From NCBI GenBank assembly GCA_964618805.1, contig CAZUBM010000024.1, forward strand, positions 1 through 24,173: 24,173 nt of DNA, read 5' to 3'. How positions within the stretch are numbered: position 1 is the stretch's first letter; every line of letters begins with the position of its first letter. A model generated the notes under the pieces. That model had not been told where the DNA came from. It saw only the letters and a list, made by a program, of their open reading frames with translations, and did not search any database. This DNA comes from an uncultured Nitrososphaerota archaeon (GTDB lineage: Archaea; Korarchaeota; Korarchaeia; Korarchaeales; Korarchaeaceae). The position numbers and the translations under genes were made by a program. Of the stretch, positions 17,634 through 24,173 are shown one piece after another.

Positions 17634-19095
17634 TAAGGAGAAAAATGTGATTATAATTGAACCTGTAACGAGGCTCGAAGGAGAGGCCAAAATCAGCATA
17701 ATATTAGATGAGGAAGGAAATGTTAAGGATGCTTATTTTCAAGTAATGGATTACAGGGCTTTTGAGAAGCTCTTAATTGGTAGACAGGCAGAGGAAGTAC
17801 CGAGGATAGCAGCTCGTATCTGTGGAGTTTGCTCCTGGGCCCATCACATGGCCGCTGTGAAAGCCCTAGATGACCTCTTTGGCAGGGAACCTACACAACC
17901 TGCCAAAAAGTTGAGAGAGCTCTCTTATTGTGCTCACATAATCCATAGTCACTTAATACACTTCTTTCTATTCGCATCTCCGGACCTTTTCCTCTCACCA
18001 GAAGAAAAGCCGTCGGTGAGGAACTTCATCGGTCTCCTTAGAAAGCATCCGGAGTTGTTAAGGGAAGCATTAAAGTGGCATACGGAAGCGGAGAAAATCC
18101 AAGAGATGATTGGAGGTAAAGCTATTCATCCTCCATTTGCGATCCCAGGAGGGGTAAGCAAGTCCTTGACTGAGGAAGAGAGAGCAGAAATAATGGAGAA
18201 AACTAAGGGATTTCTTGATTTCGCCTTAAATTCCTTGGCATTCTTCAAAAAGAAAGTAATTGAAAATGAAAAGTATAGAGATCTCTTCTTCGGCGATCTT
18301 TATCGCTTGGAGACATATTACATGGGCTTAGTGGATGAAAATAATCAGATCAACTTCTACGATGGGAAGATAAGGGTCATAGATCCAATGGGCTATGAGA
18401 ATGCCAAGTTCGATTGCTATGATTACCTCGATTACATAGCAGAGAGGGTTGAGGGATGGACTTACACCAAGTTCCCCTACCTGAAAAAAGTAGGATGGAC
18501 GGGGCTTAAGGACGGGAAGGAAAGCGGGGTTTATAGAGTGAATTCACTGCCCCGCCTAAACGTCTCTGATGGAATGCCCACTCCCAAGGCTCATGAGGCT
18601 TACAAGGATTTCGTAGATACTCTGGGTCACCCAGCTCATGCGACTTTAGGCTTTCATTGGGCAAGATTGATTGAGATAATCTATGGCGCTGAGAGAATGT
18701 TAGAACTCTTGGAAGATCCAGAAATCGTCAGTAAGGACGTTATGAATTACACAGGAGAATACAAAGGAGAGGGCATAGGAGTGGTGGAAGCGCCACGTGG
18801 AACATTGATTCATCATTATGAAGCTAATGATGATGGAATAATCACAAATTGTAACCTTATAGTGCCGACGACTATGAATAACGCGGCCATTTGCATGGAA
18901 ATTAGGAACTCAGCTAGTAAGCTTATAAAAGGCGGGAATGTCCCGGAGGGGGTTCTAAATCGCGTTGAAATGGCTTTTAGAGCGTACGATCCTTGTCTCT
19001 CATGCTCTACGCATTCACTACCTGGTGAAATGCCCCTTGAGGTCGTTGTAATGACACAAGATGGGAAGGTGTTAAGGAGGCTGAGGAGGAGTTGA
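17626..19095 (+). CDS. mvhA: Group 3c [NiFe]-hydrogenase large subunit
   Basis: EPVTRLEG, L1 RICGVCSWAH, GGKAIHP, HWARLIE, EAPRGTLIHHY, L2 RAYDPCLSCSTH followed by a 26-aa cleavable tail. Start is ATG 17626 or 17620. Confidence 0.95.
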   Translation: MSSKEKNVIIIEPVTRLEGEAKISIILDEEGNVKDAYFQVMDYRAFEKLLIGRQAEEVPRIAARICGVCSWAHHMAAVKALDDLFGREPTQPAKKLRELSYCAHIIHSHLIHFFLFASPDLFLSPEEKPSVRNFIGLLRKHPELLREALKWHTEAEKIQEMIGGKAIHPPFAIPGGVSKSLTEEERAEIMEKTKGFLDFALNSLAFFKKKVIENEKYRDLFFGDLYRLETYYMGLVDENNQINFYDGKIRVIDPMGYENAKFDCYDYLDYIAERVEGWTYTKFPYLKKVGWTGLKDGKESGVYRVNSLPRLNVSDGMPTPKAHEAYKDFVDTLGHPAHATLGFHWARLIEIIYGAERMLELLEDPEIVSKDVMNYTGEYKGEGIGVVEAPRGTLIHHYEANDDGIITNCNLIVPTTMNNAAICMEIRNSASKLIKGGNVPEGVLNRVEMAFRAYDPCLSCSTHSLPGEMPLEVVVMTQDGKVLRRLRRS

Positions 19096-19562
19096 ATAAC
19101 GTCTTGGTGTTAGGCTGGGGTAATCCTATACTTGGCGATGATAGTTTAGGAGTTAGAGTTGCCGAGAAATTGAAGAAAATGGGGCTCCCAAAGGAAATAA
19201 AGATAGAATGCTCTTCTTCCTCGCCTTTCTCAGTGGTTAGGAAGATGCTTAACTATAGAAAGGTTATTATAGTGGATTCTCTTAGGCTTCCGCACGTTAA
19301 AGAAGGGAAGGTGTTCAAATTCAATTTAAAGGAGTTTTGTGGCTCATCAGTCATCATTAACCCACACAGCATCAGTCTTCCTGCTGCGTTCGAAATCTAC
19401 AGAACCCTATACCCCGACCAGGTTCCAAAAGAAGTACTCGTCATAGGCGTTTGCGTAGGCCCCCCCAAAGTTGGTGAAGGCTTATCGGATGAGATAAAGG
19501 CCAAAATTGACGAGGTGGTGGAGTTAGTTATGAAGGAGATAGGGGGTGAGAGAAATGAATGA
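19092..19562 (+). CDS. Hydrogenase maturation endopeptidase (HycI/HybD family)
   Basis: LGWGNPILGDDSLG, IIVDS, PHS motif; TTGA overlap with the mvhA stop. Confidence 0.9.
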   Translation: MNNVLVLGWGNPILGDDSLGVRVAEKLKKMGLPKEIKIECSSSSPFSVVRKMLNYRKVIIVDSLRLPHVKEGKVFKFNLKEFCGSSVIINPHSISLPAAFEIYRTLYPDQVPKEVLVIGVCVGPPKVGEGLSDEIKAKIDEVVELVMKEIGGERNE

Positions 19563-19926
19563 GTTGGCTAAAAAAGTAATAGAGATTAGCGGCCAAAACG
19601 TCTACAGTTGCTATCAGTGTGGTTGCTGTAGCGCAGGATGCATGTTTACAGAGAAGATGGATATCCTGCCTAATCAAGCAATAGCCCTTATCCAGAGAGG
19701 GGATAGAAGTGTTCTTGAGAAGGAGACCCCGTGGATATGTGCATCCTGTTTTGTCTGCACTGTGAGATGCCCAAGGGGTCTGGATGTAGCAGCTATCATG
19801 GAAGCTTTAAGAGAGATAAGGATAAGGGAGAGAGGCTTCGTAAGGGTGGACCTTAGGAAGATCGAGAACATAGAGAGGCTGCCACAAATAGCTATAACAG
19901 CTGTAGCTCAGAAGTTCACGTGGTGA
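19555..19926 (+). CDS. hdrC: Heterodisulfide reductase subunit C (short form)
   Basis: CYQCGCCSAGC and WICASCFVCTVRCPRG...IMEALR; ATG 19555 with GGGGTGA RBS. Confidence 0.9.
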   Translation: MNELAKKVIEISGQNVYSCYQCGCCSAGCMFTEKMDILPNQAIALIQRGDRSVLEKETPWICASCFVCTVRCPRGLDVAAIMEALREIRIRERGFVRVDLRKIENIERLPQIAITAVAQKFTW

Positions 19927-19931
19927 TTGAA

Positions 19932-20807
19932 ATGAGAGTCCTGTTTTATCCCGGTTGTTCCCTTAAGAACAACTATCCTGAGTTCGAAAAAAGCTCACTT
20001 GAGGTCTGCAAGAGACTTGGAATTGAGCTCTTGGAGATCCCTAGATGGACTTGCTGTGGGGTCAACTTCAGTCTTGCTACAGATAACGTGATGAGACATC
20101 TAGGAGCAGTTCGCTCACTCATCAATGCTCAAGAGAAGGGAAAGGAAATTGGAACTAAAAGAGTTGTCACAGCATGCTCCATGTGCTACAACGTTTTGAA
20201 AAGGGTTAATCTGACATTAAGGGAGGAACCTGATAAGTTGGACACTATAAATGCCTTTATCGATGATCAACCGAACTACGTTCCTGAGCTAGAAATAATA
20301 CACCTTCTTACTCTGCTAAAAGAGATAGGCTTTGAAAGAGTTAAGGAAAAAGTTATTAGGCCCTTAAAAGGATTAAGAGTTGCATCTTACTATGGATGTG
20401 CCCTTCTTAGGCCCAATAAACCTGCTGGCATCCCTGTAGATAACTCAGAGAGTCCAACCATATTTGAAGACCTTATGAGCAGCATAGGTGCTGAACCTAT
20501 CGATTTCCCCTTCAAAACCGAGTGTTGCGGTAATTATCACGTTGTGTTTAGGCCTGATATTGTTGAGATGAGGACTGGGAAGATAATCGGATCTGCAAGG
20601 TCAAGAGGAGCCGATATCATTGTTTCTACATGCCCTCTGTGCTTATACAACCTTAAAAGAGGGAATGATGCCCTTGAAAAGGGTGAGAGAGTTCCAATCG
20701 TTTTCTTCACTCAGCTACTGGCATTGGCGCTAGGTGTTAACTCCTATCTAGGGGATGAGATTAAGCAGGAGATCTTAAGAAGGGTAGAGAGAAAAGGCCC
20801 TTCATAA
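19932..20807 (+). CDS. hdrB: Heterodisulfide reductase subunit B
   Basis: Two complete CCG domains, YPGC..WTCCG..TACSMC and YYGC..ECCG..STCPLC; ATG 19932 with GGTGA RBS. Confidence 0.93.
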   Translation: MRVLFYPGCSLKNNYPEFEKSSLEVCKRLGIELLEIPRWTCCGVNFSLATDNVMRHLGAVRSLINAQEKGKEIGTKRVVTACSMCYNVLKRVNLTLREEPDKLDTINAFIDDQPNYVPELEIIHLLTLLKEIGFERVKEKVIRPLKGLRVASYYGCALLRPNKPAGIPVDNSESPTIFEDLMSSIGAEPIDFPFKTECCGNYHVVFRPDIVEMRTGKIIGSARSRGADIIVSTCPLCLYNLKRGNDALEKGERVPIVFFTQLLALALGVNSYLGDEIKQEILRRVERKGPS

Positions 20808-20924
20808 AAGAAATGCGGCCATGCAGACGATACAAGTGAAGAAAAAAGCTGAGCAATCCTACTCTAGTTATAAAGTCTCTTAACTTATGGTTTTTGATAG
20901 ATCTCTTGCTTCTCTGTGATCTAT

Positions 20925-21746
20925 TCAAAGACCGACAAGTCCTAGTGGAACCACCTCTATTCCTCTCTTTTCAAGCTCTCTTACAAATGGATTTATTCCA
21001 ACACAGTCAGATGCTATATGACCTGTAACTATTAGATTTCCTTCTAGTTCCTGGCTTGCTAGAATCTCCAAATCCCTTGGCTCTATATGAATGTATATCA
21101 AGGTATCGATACCGTGCTCAAAATAGGCCCTAGCAACATCACTACCGCCATTTGTTAGAGCTCCATGAGCAACCACTGCCCTTCCAACCCTATTATCCTC
21201 ATCCCCAAGCACAAGCATTATTGGAGTTTTTGCAAAGCTGAACTCCTTTAGTCTCATAAATGCCGACATAAGATCTTTTACTTTAGCATCACTCCCAATG
21301 TCGTCGACGACTTCCTGCATTATCCTTCTTCCAATCTCGTCTAAGGGGTTATGTATGTTCATGTAGCCTATGTTTAACGCTCTAGCCCCGCCAGGAGCTA
21401 GATCGTAATTTGCTTTGTGTGAGGATATCATTAGAGCTCGCATCTTTCTTTCTACTGCCTCATTAGCCACCTCCTTTGGAATTCCGTTCCTAACCATTAA
21501 GTCTACGTGCTTTCTAAATACCTTAAACTTCTCAATGGCAGCCCTTCCACCTTCTGGATGATGAGCTATTGCAGCATCACATCCAAGCATTTTTGCTAGC
21601 AATAAGCCAGGAACTCCCACATCTATGGCAAAAAGAACCTTATTAACCTCTTCTTTTGGATTATATATCTCGCTATCTGCGGGAATCGAATCAAATCCAG
21701 CCATTTCTAAAGCTAAATTCATTATCTCCTCAGTGCTCATTCCCAT
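20925..21746 (-). CDS. Nif3/DUF34-like dinuclear metal-centre protein
   Basis: KVLFAID, IAHHP, NIHNPLD and VTGHIASD match the Nif3 metal-ligand pattern. Start is ATG 21761, 21746 or 21740. Confidence 0.75.
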   Translation of the reverse strand: MGMSTEEIMNLALEMAGFDSIPADSEIYNPKEEVNKVLFAIDVGVPGLLLAKMLGCDAAIAHHPEGGRAAIEKFKVFRKHVDLMVRNGIPKEVANEAVERKMRALMISSHKANYDLAPGGARALNIGYMNIHNPLDEIGRRIMQEVVDDIGSDAKVKDLMSAFMRLKEFSFAKTPIMLVLGDEDNRVGRAVVAHGALTNGGSDVARAYFEHGIDTLIYIHIEPRDLEILASQELEGNLIVTGHIASDCVGINPFVRELEKRGIEVVPLGLVGL

Positions 21747-21966
21747 GATGATCAGAGTCATATATTGCCTTTCCTTAATTAACGAAGAGGTATAACTTCC
21801 TGCAACTATTAGCAGAAGATGACTTTCCGTTCAAACCCAGAACTTCTTATGATATTAGCTTTCATTCGACGATGGGCAATATCTTGAGGAGAAGGAAATT
21901 TCTTTATCAAACCCTAGATCAATCTAGTTCATTTAACCCAGAGCTGCCATGGTCATCTGATTATCT

Positions 21967-23718
21967 CTACCAAACTGGAGGGATTTTTTCTCCCGTCTGA
22001 AGGTTAATCAAGCCCTTCGCTGTTAGCATGATCTTTCTGGGGTAACAAGTTAGAAACAGGAATGTTTGAGTATCTATTGGATTTGGCTCCAATGAAGGAT
22101 CCGGTTTGAGCATTTTGGCCCTCTCATTTATAATTTCTAGTTCCCTAATGACTTTATCCGGTGACCTATCGGTCATAAGACCTCCAATCGGTAAAGAGAC
22201 TTCGGCTAACACGTTTTTTCCTTTCACAACGACTATCCCTCCCCCCAGCTCAACAACCCTGTTAACAGCAAAGGCCATTTCCTCATCCGTAGCTCCTATT
22301 ACCGAGATGTTATGAGAGTCATGAAGGACGCTCATGGCCACAGCTCCTTTCTCATATCCCACCTTCCAGAAGGAGATTCCGATGCTTCTTCCGTATCTAT
22401 CAACTATAGCTACCTTGTTTATCCCCCTTCCAAGGTCCCTTTGAACTACCCCATTTCGAACCTCAAGCTCCTCTGTTATCTGCTCTATATCAGCTCCATA
22501 ATAATGAGGTCTTAAAACAACTGCTTTAACAGATTTTCTGTTAGCAGATACTCTGATCTCAAAGTCTTTTGCTTTTAGAGCCCTTGGAATGCGTAAACTA
22601 TTTCTAACATAATCAGGAGCTGGTTTCAGCGGAATATCTACTACTAATTTTCCTCTCTCGGCTATCAGCTTCCCATTAGCCATAACTTTAGTTATCTTAA
22701 CTCTCTCCAAATCAGAAATGAAGAGAATATCCGCGTATCGGCCAGGAGCTATAATCCCAACCTCTCCATCTATTCTCCAGTGCCTGGCGTTGTTTATAGT
22801 TGCGAGCTGATAAGCTACCAGCGGATCTAAACCTGCCTTGATAGCTTCTCTTACCTCATGATCCATGTGACCAACCTTCAATAGGAGTTCTGCAGGACGA
22901 TCGTCCACGCAAATTCCAACCATCTGCCAATCTATGCTTGCCTCTATAAGGCCTGAGATAGCTTCCTTACACGTACTGGGCTTAAGTTCAAGAAAAGTCC
23001 CTCTCTGAAGGAGTTCTAAGGCTTGATGGACGTTTCCAGAGAAATGGGTTGATGAAATTCCAGAAGAAAGCCATGCATCTGTCTCTGGAGGAGAAGGAAC
23101 GCCATGGCCTTCTATTATCTTTCCTGCCTTTAGGCCAGTTTCAATGACTTCCCATAGCCTCTTTCCCCTGTTAAAGAGCCGGGCATAGTCCATAACTTCT
23201 CCTATGCCTACTACTCTGTCCAATTTCAGTGCTTCTTCTGCCTCTTTCCCTCCTATGTAGCCACCTGTTTCCTCATAAGGAGTAGGAGGGGTTGCTGAGG
23301 AAAGGGATATGTACACCTTTTGAAACAGGCCTTCGGTCTCCTCAAGAAGATAGTAAATTCCATTCAGACCCAATGCATTGCATATTTCGTGAGAATCTTC
23401 GATTATGGTTGTTGTTCCTCTTGGAAGAGTTATCTGAGCATGTCTTCTTGGACTTAACCTTGAACTCTCTATATGATAGTGAGAATCGACGAATCCTGGA
23501 ACTAAATAAAGGCCTTCAGCATCTATTATCTGCGTATCTTTGCCTATGGTATGGCTTGCATCCCCCACTAAGGCTATTCTCTCACCATAAACTGCTATAT
23601 CAACTTCTGGAACAAGGCTACGTGTGCAAACATCTACCAGGGTTCCTCCCATAATGACGACGCTTGCTGAAATGCGGCCTAATGCAACATCCACAAGATC
23701 TTGTCTATTTATCATCAA
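21967..23718 (-). CDS. ade: Adenine deaminase (AdeC)-like amidohydrolase, divergent
   Basis: PGFVDSHYHIESS, DSHEICN, GIGEVMD, IEGHG, CVDD, G.IAPGRYAD, and the C-terminal adenine-deaminase domain (VLHDSHNI..IG, LPIGGLMT). Start is TTG 23718 or ATG 23715. Confidence 0.82.
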   Translation of the reverse strand: MMINRQDLVDVALGRISASVVIMGGTLVDVCTRSLVPEVDIAVYGERIALVGDASHTIGKDTQIIDAEGLYLVPGFVDSHYHIESSRLSPRRHAQITLPRGTTTIIEDSHEICNALGLNGIYYLLEETEGLFQKVYISLSSATPPTPYEETGGYIGGKEAEEALKLDRVVGIGEVMDYARLFNRGKRLWEVIETGLKAGKIIEGHGVPSPPETDAWLSSGISSTHFSGNVHQALELLQRGTFLELKPSTCKEAISGLIEASIDWQMVGICVDDRPAELLLKVGHMDHEVREAIKAGLDPLVAYQLATINNARHWRIDGEVGIIAPGRYADILFISDLERVKITKVMANGKLIAERGKLVVDIPLKPAPDYVRNSLRIPRALKAKDFEIRVSANRKSVKAVVLRPHYYGADIEQITEELEVRNGVVQRDLGRGINKVAIVDRYGRSIGISFWKVGYEKGAVAMSVLHDSHNISVIGATDEEMAFAVNRVVELGGGIVVVKGKNVLAEVSLPIGGLMTDRSPDKVIRELEIINERAKMLKPDPSLEPNPIDTQTFLFLTCYPRKIMLTAKGLINLQTGEKIPPVW

Positions 23719-23994
23719 TAAGCAAATCTCATGAAATAAAAAAGGTTTTGAGTCTTCTTAACTTAGTTCTTACATGCAATTTGAAGCCTCAAAGTAATTG
23801 AGTATGAAGACGTTAAGAGCGAACCTGATCAACTTGAGGAAGTTTAGGTGGAGCAAAATTCGAAGGTTTCTTGTTGCTTATAGATTGGACCTAAGAGCTT
23901 GTTAATTTGATAAATTATAGACGTCCAAAAAGAAGGAACTTTGTTTGTGGTGGGAGAATAGAGGAAGCCAAATGGAAACTTGTATGAGAAAAAT

Positions 23995-24173
23995 TCAAGG
24001 ACCACCCCAGCACTCGCTCAGGAATTCGTAGTCTATCCCGAAAAGATCTGTTGAAGAAGAATAGGGGAGATATCCTCTTTCCTTTGCTTTTAAGCAGAAT
24101 TCTCTTCTCATTTGTGTAGAAGAAGGATAATCTATAACTAAAACAAGCTTTCCGTTGGAGATCATTCTATCAA
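23995..24173 (-). CDS. 3' end of a TM1410/MJ1477-like (GH114-type) protein, entering from the right edge
   Basis: Hand translation: DRMISNGKLVLVIDYPSSTQMRREFCLKAKERGYLPYSSSTDLFGIDYEFLSECWGGP-stop (TGA at 23995-23997). GKxVLVIDY...A+..GY.PY resembles the C-terminus of that family. Only 58 aa are visible. Confidence 0.6.
   Translation of the reverse strand, partial: DRMISNGKLVLVIDYPSSTQMRREFCLKAKERGYLPYSSSTDLFGIDYEFLSECWGGP

Noticed and set aside
14226-19095. Possible selenocysteine recoding in HdrA, MvhD or MvhA
   Set aside because: The positions that are Sec in Methanococcales homologues are Cys here (DCAQC, CRWC/AGCH, DPCLSC); no in-frame TGA and no split VhuU-type subunit.
14226-20807. 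Calling the organism a methanogen from hdr/mvh
   Set aside because: MvhADG-HdrABC is widespread in non-methanogenic archaea and bacteria, and no mcr, mtr or fwd gene is in the window.
21762-21966. Short inverted repeats between the Nif3-like and deaminase genes (ATATTGCC/GGCAATAT, CTAGAT/ATCTAG)
   Set aside because: Arms of 6-8 bp in AT-rich DNA; no riboswitch or C/D-box pattern recognised.
2611-23654. Other short track ORFs inside or antisense to called genes (e.g. 2611, 6943, 7106, 9213, 10106, 10704, 11410, 11510, 11586, 11865, 12404, 13308, 14178, 14484, 14656, 15935, 16916, 19674, 22106, 22312, 23292)
   Set aside because: Shadow frames overlapping well-supported genes, with no recognisable motifs.
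23804-23905. 33-aa basic plus-strand ORF MKTLRANLINLRKFRWSKIRRFLVAYRLDLRAC
   Set aside because: No RBS, no recognisable family, and short enough to be chance.

Overview
Archaeal chromosomal window: BRE/TATA-type promoters, GGTGA/GGAGG ribosome-binding sites and a Lys/Glu-rich proteome suggest an anaerobic, possibly thermophilic archaeon, but the lineage cannot be fixed from sequence alone. Left part (minus strand): a Dpp/Opp-type peptide ABC transporter (dppB-C-D-F), a membrane-anchored 5-repeat beta-propeller gene, and a family-5 substrate-binding protein that the ORF track misses (1..980) and that appears circularly permuted. Middle: small membrane protein, M14 zinc carboxypeptidase, ADP-forming acyl-CoA synthetase alpha subunit, SHOCT/CdvA-like coiled-coil protein, PAP2 phosphatase, and a ~490-bp intergenic region with several perfect palindromes. 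Right part: a tightly coupled 11-gene plus-strand run, korDABG-hdrA-mvhD-mvhG-mvhA-maturation protease-hdrC-hdrB, which puts a 2-oxoacid:ferredoxin oxidoreductase in the same apparent operon as a complete MvhADG-HdrABC complex. After it come a Nif3/DUF34-like protein, a divergent adenine deaminase-like protein and the 3' end of a TM1410/GH114-like gene. I saw no rRNA, tRNA, CRISPR array or mobile element. Best candidates for something new: the Kor-Hdr-Mvh operon within a peptide-catabolism neighbourhood, the permuted binding protein, and the palindrome cluster upstream of the operon.
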